Origin: Octopus sinensis
Lineage: Eukaryota
Direction of reading: 5' to 3'
NCBI RefSeq assembly: GCF_006345805.1
Contig: NW_021836315.1
Location: forward strand, 1 to 64,000
DNA length: 64,000 nt
The translations under genes were made by a program, and so were the position numbers. Each line of letters begins with the position of its first letter. Positions within the stretch are counted from its first letter, which is position 1. Positions 1-12,659 of this stretch are shown here, in pieces. Under the pieces are notes generated by a model. It had not been told where the DNA came from and ran no database searches. It worked only from the letters and a program-made list of their open reading frames with translations.

Positions 1-1172
1 CGATATATAAACGTAATTCAGAAAGAATTAAATGCGTAGGATACGAAAGTGTTTCAAGTATCAATTAAGTAATTGGTCAATTAACTATCTCCTATCGATA
101 ATCAGATGTTTTTTTTAATAAATGATTGTGTACATATCGATTAAGTTTCTATAAGAATATTCTATCAATTGTTATACAGCAGACAATCACTGATTCCGAT
201 AGCGGACTAAATTCTTTGACATGCCAGCACTAAATATTTCTCATATATTTCCGTTATCACCTCTACAATGTCGGCTTCTGATGAAGGTATACTATGATGG
301 GGATTTGGGGGTTTAAAAGGGTTAACTCTCATCAGATATGCAGTCACAAGTTTGGTACTAAAGAATTCTGGCATTCGTTCTTGGGTCATGTTGGCTTTGC
401 GAGATACCTGCCACCTCATGATTAATTCATCCAGTAGGTCTTACCAACTGCCTTCAGTACCTTAACGTCTCAGACTCTTGACATCAGAAGGAACTGTACA
501 TTAGCCTCATTCTACTCTTCCAGTAGACAATTGTCTTGGGTGGAATTCTTGCACATCAGACAAATAAGCAAAAGAATGCCATGTTCAGGAGTACTTTAAT
601 CTTGTTAAATAACAGCGTCGTCCGGACCAAACTGTTTTACAGTCTCGTTGCAGTTATGCGTTGAGCTCTACATCTTGCATACAACTGGTATCATTTGACC
701 TCGTACACGGGAGATCCGATAGCCCACACTGGCACCTGATGATCTTTGGTAATGTCCAACACTGATTTTCTGGAACCATCATCGATGGTTTTGAACACGC
801 TTATGAGTAAATTGCAGTGGCCTTGTAGTGTCCCAATGTTTAAAATTTTTCTTATTTTTCCTTTATACCATCATAAATTTCTGTACACAACTGTTGCAAC
901 ATCGACGATGTTGACACTTTCTGAAAACACAGTGGCCTAAACATATGCCCCACCCACCGAAATGTGTGTCATTTCAGTCCTTATATTAGTATCAAATATG
1001 TCTCAAAGAAGTAAAAACCATTTCCAAATAGCTTCGAAACACTGCATACGAGAACCGTATGAATGTCTGTAGTTACTGTAGTTGCCTTAGTGAAAATATT
1101 TTCATAAACATATTGTTTTAAAATACACTATTATAAATCGAAAACAAATGAACATATAAATGTACTATAGAT

Positions 1173-1173
1173 A

Positions 1174-1209
<36 letters not shown>

Positions 1210-1410
1210 CACAAACAATCACTCACACACGTGTGAGTAAAAATACTCACATACATGTGTGTATCCTTATATATATATATATATATATATATGCATCTAT
1301 ATATACGTTTTTATGCATATGCATATATATATATATACGTCTATATACATATGCATCTATATATACGTGTATAAATACGTATGCACACACACACACACAC
1401 ATATATGTAT
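1173..1410. repeat. compound (TA)n/(CA)n microsatellite
   Basis: Visible dinucleotide runs with repeated ATGCATCTATATATACG blocks. Confidence 0.95.
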
Positions 1411-1686
1411 GTATAACGCAATAATTGATGTATTCCGGCAAATCTCATGCCTTCTTATTTAATCAAACCATTAAATAAGGATTTCTTTACGCCTCTGTAA
1501 ATTTCCTTCGAAATATAGGGAGCATATGCAGTGTCGACCTACTTACGCTCCTTTTTTCAATCTGATCACCAAAACCACCTGATCCTTCTACATGCTCGCC
1601 ACAATCGAACAAAATGCAAACACCTATAGAGGAATCTTTTCAATTTAATACTATTTGTGCATTCTTTATAATTACCTATCTACATA

Positions 1687-1884
1687 GCCGCAGGTGTGTG
1701 GGAGTGTGTGTGGTATGATGATTGCTTCCCAGCCACATGGTTCCGGGTTCAGCCCCGCTGCGTGTCTTCTGCTATAGCCTCAGTCCGACCAAAGATTTTT
1801 GTGACTGCAATTGGTAGACAGAAACTGAAAGAAGCCCATCGTGTAGAAAGGAAGCCCGTCGTATATATATATGTATATATATAT

Positions 1885-1917
<33 letters not shown>

Positions 1918-1925
1918 CATACACA

Positions 1926-1963
<38 letters not shown>

Positions 1964-2380
1964 ATATATATATATATATACATACATATATATATATATA
2001 TACATACATATATATATACATATATATACATACATATATACATATACATATATATATATATACATACATATATACATATATATACATATATATACATACA
2101 TATATACATATACATACATATATATATATATACACATTCATATATATATATACACATTCATATATATATATATATATATATTTATATGTATATTTACGTG
2201 TGTGTGTGTTTGTGTGTGTCACTGTGTCTGTGTTTGTTACCCGCTGTCGCGTGACAACCGGTTTTTGGTGTGTTTATACCACCGTAACTAGGTACTTCGG
2301 ATAAAATAAATAGACTGATAGATAAAGCTTATCAAGTATAAATCCTGGAGTCGCTTTCTTTGACAGAAACCCTTCAATGT
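1687..2380 (+). mobile_element. SINE family A, degenerate copy with expanded internal (TA/CA)n tract
   Basis: Head CCACATGGTTCCGGGTTCAG...GAAACTGAAAGAAGCCC matches the copy at 34860; ~350-bp microsatellite 1861-2220; degenerate 3' half. Confidence 0.8.
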
Positions 2381-2386
2381 GTTGGT

Positions 2387-2426
<40 letters not shown>

Positions 2427-2940
2427 TATTATATATATATTCGACTTTGTTTATATATATATATATATATGTATGTTGTATCTACACATCGGCTTTTATA
2501 TGACTGCCTTTTTATAGGTGTCACTATTCAGTGCTCCAAAAATATTTTGAGGAAGGGAACTGCAATCTAGCTGTGTTTTTTCGTAAAATTTTATAAAATA
2601 GGAGAGTATTGTAGTTCGCTTGAAGCATTGTGTATTATTTCTAAAGAAAAAAGTTTTGAATGGTAGAAGAATGCACTATAATAAAAACAATGGGCAATAT
2701 ACCTGATATGATATTTCGGAATAATATTCCTTCTTCACATATTCTTAGATGGAGTCGGTACTAATATCGGTTTTCCAACGGCTTTTTATTATTTTTTTTT
2801 TCTGGAAGAGGTTCAGTAGTAGTCTCATGAAGCTCCTCCCGGAAATCCCCATGAGAAGTGCGTGAAGTCGGCCATGTCTCAATCTCGTGTGTGCTGGTAC
2901 ATCCGTAGCGCTGCTTCTAAGTTACGTATTATACGTGTAG

Positions 2941-3312
2941 AAGGCAGCGAGCTGTTAGACACGTTAGCACGCCGGGCGAAATGCTTAGCAGTATTTCGTC
3001 TGCCGTTACGTTCTGAGTTCAAATTCCGACTTTGCCTTTCATCCTTTCGAGGTCGATTATATAAGTACCAGTTACGCACTGGGGTCGATATAATCGACTT
3101 AATCCATTTGGCTGTCTTTGTTTGTCCTCTCTGTGTTTAGCCCCTTGTGGGTAGTAAAGAAATAGATATTTCGTCTGCCGTTACGTTCTGATTTCAAATT
3201 CCACCGAGGTCGACTTTGCCTTTCATCACTTCGAGGTCGATAAATTAAGTACCAGTTACGCACTGGGGTCGATATAATCGATTTAATCCCCATGTCTGTC
3301 CTTGTTTGTCTT
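2941..3312 (+). mobile_element. SINE family B dimer (full unit plus 5'-truncated unit)
   Basis: AAGGCAGCGAGCTG head, B-box GAGTTCAAATTCC, core CTTTCATCCTTTCGAGGTCGAT; second unit starts at TATTTCGTCTG (3167). Confidence 0.9.
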
Positions 3313-3994
3313 TCTATATTTTCATCTCTATTTTGTTTTTTGTTATAAATTTTTTTTTGTCATAAAATAGATTAAAAACATCATAAAGTGATGTTCGAAT
3401 TACGAACAATTTCCAGTTGACTCTTCTCAATACCGTATCGGTCTCCGTCTACGAAGACAAGTCAATATACTAATTCTAATTACTGAACTACATTATACTA
3501 ATAATACAAGATGTGAATATATTAAAGACTGCTCGCGTTACGTATTCTCAGATACGATCAAATGAAAAATATAATATTCGCAAACTGGAAAAAATCTGAA
3601 GCAACATAGTCGCTGCTTCCTCCGTTTTTGCATCTTCTCTGTACTCAATCAAACAGAAACCATAATTATCACCAACCATTAAAGGTGGTTGTAATCTTTA
3701 GAGATTTCTCTTAATCATTTCTATAATTTTTGCATAGAAAAGAATATCATGATAATGAATTTTATTAGTTCTGAATTTCCTCTTAATTCTATTCAGTGAG
3801 AAACGCATTGTTTTTAGAAGTGTTTAAATGTACAGTGGGAATCACATATACACATCAGATCAAAATATGATACAGTATTTTTCGAATGACGAACGTAGAT
3901 CGCGCACCTTCTAATGGAGCTGAAAGAATTTCGAAACGGGTGCCGTGAATCACAGCCTCGTTGCTCTAAATTGTGCTTTCGATTAGGTCTATCT

Positions 3995-4204
3995 ACTCTT
4001 TTACTCTTTTACTTATTTTAGTTATTTGACTGTGGCCATGCTGGGGCACAGCCTTTAGTCGAGCAAATCGACCCCAGGACTTATTCTTTGTAAGCCTAGT
4101 ACTTATTCTATCGGGTCTTTTGTCGAACCGCTAAGTTACGGGGACGTAAACACACCAGAAACGGTTGTCAAGCGATGTTGGGGGGACAGACAGACACACA
4201 AAGA

Positions 4205-4238
<34 letters not shown>

Positions 4239-4834
4239 CGCACACGCACACACACACACACATATAATATATACCTATAATATATTATATATATATATAT
4301 AATATTTATAATAAGACTAGCTCGAATACGAGTGGGTATATATTTGTAAAAAATGAAGTTCGAAAATGCTGCTATATTAGACAAATTTTTAATTTTTATA
4401 TATACATTATTATTTAACATGTTTCGGTTCTTGAAATGATGAACCTTATCAAAAAAAGTTATATATAAAAAAGATAGTTCATGCTATCAAATATAAAAAA
4501 TTCATTTATAATATACAATAGAGTCAGACATCAAAAGTTCATATATAGTGAAGTGAGTTCATGCTTTATGTTTAAAGAGTATCATGCAGTGGTTCATAGT
4601 GGTGATATGCATTCAATATAAAAAATAGTTCAAAGTGGTGATATGCAGTCAATATATATATACATATGCATATATATGACGGGCTTCTTTCAGTTTCCAT
4701 CTACCAAATGCACTCACAAGGCTTTGGTCGGCCTGAGGCTATAGTAGAAGACACTTGCCCAAGTTCCCACGCAGTGGGACTGAACGCAGAAATAATGTGG
4801 TTGGATAGCAAGCTACTTACCACACAGCCACTCC
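3995..4834 (-). mobile_element. SINE family A interrupted by a ~350-bp AT-rich insert (4312-4660)
   Basis: 3' half at 3995-4200, microsatellite, unrelated insert, head at 4670-4834. Confidence 0.85.
4412..4455 (-). ncRNA. degenerate hammerhead-ribozyme-like motif (PLE-tail type)
   Basis: Minus strand TTGATAA-GGTTC-atcatttcaa-GAACC-GAAACATGTT: perfect 5-bp stem II and GAAAC, but core mutated from CUGAUGA. Confidence 0.4.
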
Positions 4835-5004
4835 AGCTGTACACTTTAAGAATTTGATGTCTATACAGTTTCACTGGCAGCTCTGAATGTTGAGGACTTC
4901 AATGAGTAGCTGCTGGGTTAACTAACACTTTGTTGTTGGTGATGAACTTACTACCTTCAATTAAACCTGTGATTCGTATACTCATATAACTCAAGTATTT
5001 ATTA

Positions 5005-5207
5005 TTTTACTTGTTTCAGTCATTTGACTGCGGTCATGCTGGATCACCACCTTTAGTCGAAGAAATCGATCCCAAGACATTCTTTTAAGCTTAGTACATA
5101 TTCTATCGGTTTATTTTTCCGAAACGCTAAGTTACGAGGATGTAAACAAACAAACGCCCGTTGTCAAGTGATAATGGGGGGGGCGAACACAATCACACAA
5201 ATACATG

Positions 5208-5240
<33 letters not shown>

Positions 5241-5400
5241 GTATATATACGAGATGTTTCTTTCAGTTGTCGTCAAACAAACCCACCCACAAGGATTAGG
5301 TCGGCTAAAGGCTATAGTAGAAGACAGGTGCCACGCATTGGGAATATACCAAAACGCAACCATGTGGTTGGGAAGCAAGCTGGTTACCACGCAGCCACTT
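5005..5400 (-). mobile_element. SINE family A
   Basis: TTTTACTTGTTTCAGTCATTTGACTGCGG 3' end, internal TA tract, head to 5400. Confidence 0.85.
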
Positions 5401-5455
5401 CTGGTATGTATATATATGTATATACTTATATAATATATATAATAAGTATATACAT

Positions 5456-5482
5456 AGAGAGACCGATAGATAGAGATATAGT

Positions 5483-5546
<64 letters not shown>

Positions 5547-5575
5547 CAGATAATTAATTATATATATATATATAT
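5456..5575. repeat. (GATA)n / (TA)n microsatellite
   Basis: Direct observation. Confidence 0.95.
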
Positions 5576-6559
5576 AAGTTACGGGCATTGTCAACCAATG
5601 ATGGGAGAAAAACACAGGCAAAACACAAAGGGTATAAAAATGTATACACACGCACACACGAAAATATGCATGTATATATATATATATATATTTACTGTGT
5701 GTGTATTTGAGAGGGAAAGAGAGATTTATATACGACGGATTCCTTTTACCATACGTCTACGTGAGGCTGGAGCAAAAGACAATTGCACAAGGTGCCACGC
5801 CGTGGGCCTAAGTCATGTGGTTGTAAAGCAAATTGTTTACCAGAGATAGTGCGAAACAAAGACAGAAAGATACAGACAGATGAGGAGAGAGAAATAAGTA
5901 GTGAGAAAGGAAGAGAAAGACAGAGAGGAGAGAGAGTGACTTAATGAGAGATAGAGAGAGGGCGAAAGAGATATACGTAAGCTTTGCATTTCGTACACAC
6001 GTTGTGGTTTGCAAGACCAAATTAATATGAAGGGAAAAGGAAATATCTAAGCCTCGAACAGACGAACAATAAGAGCTTGATTCACTTCACAATAAAGAAA
6101 TAATACAGAAAGAACATTGTCCTTAGACATTTACGAATCTGACAACCTTAATCATGGTACCAGAATAAAATATGAAATGGTAGTAATAGAATCGAGTAAG
6201 TCCCTAAACCATATCACGTTTGGCCGCTTGCATTTGATATTATCCAGTAAGAAAATATAGCTCTGATACATTCAGACGAATTATCGGATCATAATATATA
6301 TATCAGATATTTTGCAGTAGGTATCCATTTTCCTTTTGAAAAATGAACCTGGCGCTCATCGCCAGCGCCAGCTTCATCGCCCTCGGTAAACCGACAACCA
6401 TCATCAGGACTGAAATGATCACGAGTTATATTTGTTTAACGTACGCCATCCCACTCTCACATTGACAATATATGTACGCATGCTAAACCTCCCGTCCTCC
6501 CACTTCTACGTTTCTCATGCACGCACTCATGTCGACAGTCCTACACACATACGCACACG

Positions 6560-6773
6560 CACACACATATATTTATTTAATGCACGCACACACACATATA
6601 CATGATAATATATGCATAAGATATGCACATATATATATATATATATATATTATGTCTATATAAATGTGCATATATGTATATATATTTGTGTGTGTGTATA
6701 TATATATATGCGTGTATATGTATATGTATATATATTATATGTCTATATACATGTGTATATATGTATATATATT

Positions 6774-6808
<35 letters not shown>

Positions 6809-6892
6809 GTGCATATTGTATTATATTTGTATATATAATATATATATATACGCATATATGAACACACGCACTCACACAAAACACAGTCACGC

Positions 6893-6960
<68 letters not shown>
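6560..6960. repeat. (TA/TG)n microsatellite
   Basis: Direct observation. Confidence 0.95.
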
Positions 6961-7960
6961 TGTGTACGCACTGAATTGTTCGTATGCTATTATTTAGCCA
7001 CGTATTGTTGTGGATTAGCTGAAAATAATTTGACTCCATGAAAATAACTGTATTAAATCAATACCACTTTCATGTCAATTACATGGAATTTTCGTGGAGT
7101 TTCGTTAAAGTTGCTTCATTTCTTCAAGTTAGAGTTGATTTACTTGATGTTAACAATCGTTCAGTTTCATTCTTCTTTTCCTTATTTCTTTTGTGCAATT
7201 TTATATTAATTCTTATTTTTCTTTAGCATTTCATTTTTTTTACCATTTCATACAGCTCTTTGTAGATCTCCATTTTTTTTTCTCTCCCTCTCTCTCTTTC
7301 TTTTTTGATATTTTGTAATTATATTGTTAAAGAAAATTAGATTATTCTAATATTGCTTCTATTCTTAGACTCTTAACGAGAAGTAGAAATACGGAGGAAT
7401 AGTAAAAGCATGAAGGACTGTAGAGTATTGCCTGCCCCCAATGACCCAAATATCTTGTTCTTTTATTTTTTTTTCCTGTTTGATATCTGTGTTCTTCTAT
7501 ATCTTGAAGAATTTTATGTTCAGGGATTATAACTCGGGCAATTGGAATCGGTTGAACGCATTACTCTTTGTGCCCGTTTGAAGTACTTTTCATAAAAGAA
7601 ACGACACTTGATCGTATATTCTCATGATTCCACGTTCAATTCCATCCCATGGCATCTTAGGCAAGTGTTTTCTATTATAGCCTTATTATAGACCAAATCT
7701 TTGAGAGTGGATTTGACTGACAGAAGCTGAAAGTGCCTACAGATGTTAGGTGAATGTGTGTACATTAACCTTTTCATACGTGAACGAATAAATGCGTGCC
7801 AATATTTCTATGTGTGTGTGTGTGTATGTGTGTGTGTCTGTGTGTGTGTAGATTTATAAATATAAAGAAAGAGATAGACAAAGATATATTCACACACACA
7901 TATATGATTATATATGTATCAACCTATCTATCTATCTGTCAATCTATATAATTATAAATA

Positions 7961-8013
<53 letters not shown>

Positions 8014-8015
8014 TT

Positions 8016-8930
8016 TTCTATATTTGAGAGATGAGGAATTATGTACATTATTTTAACATTTGACAGATATTTGTCTTCATCGTGTTTATTATTAACACAA
8101 CCTTTCGGCTAATATACTCTCCAACCTTCTTCATGTGCCCTGGAGAAATTTCGAACCTGTGTTCGCATTCTTGTGGCAATTATGGAGTGAATTTTAGGGT
8201 TTATAAATCTGATGTTTTCCTATCCATCCTTAATACCGGTCCCCATATCCTGTTCATATCTGAACTCGGTCTGCTTCGGATGTTATTATATCCTAGCATG
8301 TGTGCTGCTTCATTTAATTTTCGTATTTTCCAGTGGTCTTTTCTGCCTGTTATTTTAACTCCATCCCACAGGGGGAAGGCGGTCTCAATTTTTCTATACA
8401 TCATCAGATTTGCGATGTTCCTCAACCCTTATTTTGAGAGGGCGGCATGTTTTGCCTCTGTAAAACCTACCACAACGACTTGGGAGAGAGTACACGCAGT
8501 TTTTGGTTCATATTCTCTTCTTTTGGTGGTTTAAAGTCGGGGATATTGTCGAAGTGTTGTATTCCTCTTGAATACAGTCCTGGTGCCATATGGACCTCAT
8601 ATCCTTTGTAACATTTCGGAGAGGCCTTTCACATAGCGTAGTCAGACTGTGGACAGTTTATCAGTTTCATCCTCTTTTCTTCCTAATTGGAGTGGAGAGT
8701 ATACTTTTGGCGTAGTTGTTGCTATAAGATTGTTACTCTGGGGTAGGTGTTGCTATAAGATTGTTACTTAGCTCGTGGGGTGTATCATGATGGCTAATTA
8801 TATTCTTTCCACGGTGTTTTAGGCACTGAGCAATCCATCAATTTACACTGTATGGATGTTGGGAATCCAGTGAAGCTTGGCTAGATCCATACTTACTGCG
8901 TGATATTAATACGTCCAGCTAGCATTTGTG
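8016..8930 (-). mobile_element. Penelope-like element 3' part (RT thumb, GIY-YIG endonuclease, tail), pseudogenised
   Basis: Minus translation across stops and frameshifts: HPYSVN*WIAQCLKHRGKNII; YVKGLSEMLQRI; CVYSLPSRCGRFYRGKTCRPLKIRVEEHRK (GIY-YIG); PLWDGVKITGRKDHWKIRKLNEAAH. Confidence 0.9.
8094..8139 (-). ncRNA. decayed type I hammerhead motif in PLE tail
   Basis: GCAC-ATGAAGA-A-GGTTG...TAGCC-GAAAGGTT-GTGTT; homologous to 9388-9433 with C3>A and CG>GG. Confidence 0.65.
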
Positions 8931-9200
8931 AAAATAAGGGTAGAGGAACATCGCAAAACTGTGTCACGATGAGAATTGTTAAATTGTGTATCGAATAACG
9001 GAGACCACCTGCCCCTATGGGATGAACTTAAAATAATAGGCAGAGAACACCACTGGAAGATACGAAAACTAAAAGAATCAGCACATATGCTAGGACATAA
9101 CCTCCTAAGCAGATCTAGTGCAGATATGAGTAGCATATGGGACCGGTATCCAATGAAGGATAGGAAAATATTAGATTTTAAGCCCTAAAATTCACTCCAC
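8931..9200 (+). mobile_element. Second, inverted copy of the same PLE 3' end
   Basis: KIRVEEHRKT...LPLWDELKIIGREHHWKIRKLKESAHMLG; homologous to the reverse complement of ~8180-8435. Confidence 0.9.
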
Positions 9201-9293
9201 GGGCATTTGGCGAAGTGGTTAAGAGCGCAAACTACTAATCCCAAGATTCTGAGTTTGATTCCAGGCAGTGATCTCAATAAATAATAATAATGA

Positions 9294-9338
<45 letters not shown>

Positions 9339-9478
9339 CATTATTATTATTATAACATCGAAAAATATATTAGAAATGAGAACCAAGGACACCTGAAGAA
9401 GGCTGGTGGGTGTAACAGCCGAAACGTTGTGTTAACAAACACGATGAGGACAAATTTCCGTCAACTGTAAATAATGTA
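9201..9478 (+). mobile_element. Composite element: tRNA-like head + (AAT/ATT)n + PLE 3' tail
   Basis: A-box TGGCGAAGTGG 9208-9218, B-box GAGTTTGATTCC 9251-9262, trinucleotide tract ~9276-9354, tail homologous to the PLE tail at 8040-8170. Confidence 0.75.
9388..9433 (+). ncRNA. minimal type I hammerhead ribozyme, core intact
   Basis: GACAC-CTGAAGA-A-GGCTG-(10 nt)-CAGCC-GAAA-CG-TT|GTGTT; stems I and II pair and stem III is the palindrome AACGTT. Confidence 0.8.
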
Positions 9479-10084
9479 TGTGTGTGTTTGTGTGTGTGTG
9501 TTCACTTTGCCAGCGCAAATTTACGTGGATGCAAACACATCGACTCCGGTTCCCAAGCGATGGTGTGAGACAAATACAGGCCCAAATACATGCACACATA
9601 CATACACAGACAGTACCACACACACACACAAAATATACACACATGTCGACGTTTCCTACATTAGCGTATGTAGGTATGTCCTTTCCTAGAAACACTTCTA
9701 AGCAATCGTCTTTTCTCTATATATATATACATATAAACGTACAGTTAATATTGACATTATCTTGTAGCCAAACTTGTTGACTGAATTATAAGCAAACAAT
9801 TATATATTCATATATGCATGTCTGTATGTAAATAGATTTCCGTTCATATGTACTCATGCATATTTACGTATCTACTTATTCGAGTTTGTTGATAGATTCA
9901 TAATTTATTTAACCGTAAACAGATATATATGACAGACTGAAGTTCAATTAATCGTATGTTAACCGAGAAATCTAGCTCACACTCCGTAAGAAGCTGGAAA
10001 CACGCGCAGACGTTTATATGGAACTGTGAAAAATAAACTATGGACAAATATGTACGTTTCAGCTCGTATTATTTGTAGTAAGTA

Positions 10085-10760
10085 TGAATATGTGTGTCTG
10101 TGTTTGCGTGTGTGCGTGCGTGTGCATGTGTGGATACATATACATATATATATATATGTATGTCTAAGTTTTTCTCTATATATATATGTATATATTAATA
10201 TATATACATACACATACATATAGAGAGAGAAATGCATACATATAAACATACACACATACACACACACATATATATATACGTACAATTATACATACACGTG
10301 CTAACACATACGTACATACACACACAGACATATATATATATATTGTACATATACATATATATATGTGTGTGTCTATGTATGTATATATATATATATATAT
10401 ATGTATATATTAATATACATATACACACATATAGAGAGAGAAATGCATATATATAAACATACACATATATATATATATATATATATACATAGACATACAT
10501 ACATGTGCAAACACATACGTACATACACACACACATACGCACACACACACATATATATATTATACATGCATGTACATATATATATATATGATGTCTATAG
10601 ATGCATGATCATATATATATATATATATATATATGTATTATACATACATGTACATATATATATGATATCTATAGATGCATGATCATATATATATTTATAT
10701 ATATATATATTAATATATTTATTATGTATGTACTTATGTATGTATACGTACAAGTGTGAT
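10085..10760. repeat. compound (TA/CA/TG)n microsatellite with higher-order duplications
   Basis: Direct observation; duplicated TCTATAGATGCATGATCATATA block. Confidence 0.95.
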
Positions 10761-11374
10761 AAATAACGATATATTATGTGCAAGTGTTTACGCATATACT
10801 TTAAATTAAACCTTAAAATGTAGATTTTTGCCATTATCTCGCCTTGCATTAACTCAGTTTTGTTCACTTGTTTTCTTAATTTCTTTCTCAGTCTTATGGT
10901 AATTTAAAGTGAATAATTATTTTCTTCTTAACATAATTTGTACACATGGATTATTTTGGAAAACTGAGATCATTCGGTTGAAAAGAAATCTTTAAATAAT
11001 ACTTCGTTTTTATAATCCTACGTTGTTTATTGGATGTAAATTGAAATTCTTCATAAATAGGTTTCTAATTATGTATGTTTAAATAACAATATTCAGTAGA
11101 AAATATTTTTAACATAGATTTTTGTAAGAATGTTAAAAATTTACCGGAAATATTCATTGAATCAATAAATATTATGGTGAATTTCTCATAAGATATTACA
11201 ATGAATTAATGACGTATATAAAAACAGAAACAATTTTTTTTAAATCGGAAAGGCGAGCGAAAGGAATTTGTTCTCTTTTGAAAATGAATGCAAGAAATAG
11301 TTGTGCATTTGGCATATTACTGGTTAAAGGAAAACGTTGGAATATTATCGTTATATAAGTCGAGATATTCTTGT

Positions 11375-11530
11375 CTAATATAGGCACAAGGGTCAAAATT
11401 TTGGGGGAGGGGTCAGTCAATTAGATCGATAAAGGTTAGGCACTGATTCTTAATTTATCGACAACGAAAGGAGGAAAGGCAAAGTTGACCACGGTGAATT
11501 CGAACTAAGAGCGTGAAGACAGACGATATA
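11375..11530 (-). mobile_element. SINE family B (tail type 2), degenerate
   Basis: TAGGCACAAGG...AATTTATCGAC...AAAGGCAAAGTTGACC. Confidence 0.7.
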
Positions 11531-11586
11531 CGTGTATGCACATGCGTATTTAATAAATGTGCAACATTATTTTATTGGTGCATGTA

Positions 11587-11626
<40 letters not shown>

Positions 11627-11828
11627 TGAAGGCAGTTTTATAATCATAGAAGACCTACGCCTACAGACATAGGAGTTAAGCGAATACTAATATATTCCAT
11701 TCTACACGGAACCGTGCCCGTTATCTATACGACAGGATCATATAAGTGTACGGCTACACATATTTTACTATACGCCTACAAACAGCAGCACACATACACA
11801 AAATACGCAGCCACACACGCATATATGT

Positions 11829-11884
<56 letters not shown>

Positions 11885-12240
11885 TATATATATATTATGG
11901 ATGTCGCTATATATGATTCTCTGTACGTAAGCATATAATTATGCATGCATAAATGTATCCGTTCGCTAAAAATATCTAGTGTATAGACTCACAGGTGAAA
12001 GAGTAAGGAAAAGCAGACAGAACATTAACAGGACCGTCTTTTCTTTATTATATTTTGTAATATTCGCTATCATATTTTTACATTAACTCACCTCCTTACA
12101 AATTATCATATATTGTGGAACAAACTCTGGAATATATTGCATGAAATATCTCTAATGAGAGAATCTGGAAAACATGGTTTTACTCGTTATGATAACAATG
12201 ATATATGCATAAGTGTGGGAGGTGTGTGTCTGTATATATA

Positions 12241-12283
<43 letters not shown>

Positions 12284-12628
12284 GAGTCAGGAGAGAAAAT
12301 GCTAAAACATTTTGTAAAGAACATTTCAGTATATATATATCATATATACACACACACACACATACGTATATACATATACTTATATATTCATATATATCAT
12401 TGTTCATTTATATATGACTGGATGAGTGAACATGTAAGAGGATATGTGTATATATTTGTATGTGCGGAATACTGATGTATTTATATATATATATATATAT
12501 ATATATACGTATTTATAGACAGAATTATCTATCTATGTATATATGAGTATGTGTGTGCATACATTTTGAAAGATATATGTACATGAAATCGATGTATAAA
12601 TATGTATGCATATAGACACACACACACT

Positions 12629-12659
<31 letters not shown>

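Noticed and set aside
207-1080. Moderately GC-richer stretch with a 70-aa ORF (207-419) as a decayed gene, transposase or viral ORF
   Set aside because: The same frame has about 7 stops in 140 codons upstream and no motif I can recognise; it needs a tBLASTx search.
12092-12164. Strong minus-strand acceptor (TTTTCCAG) and donor (GAG|GTGAGT)
   Set aside because: Stops occur in all three frames, which shows such splice-signal pairs arise by chance here.
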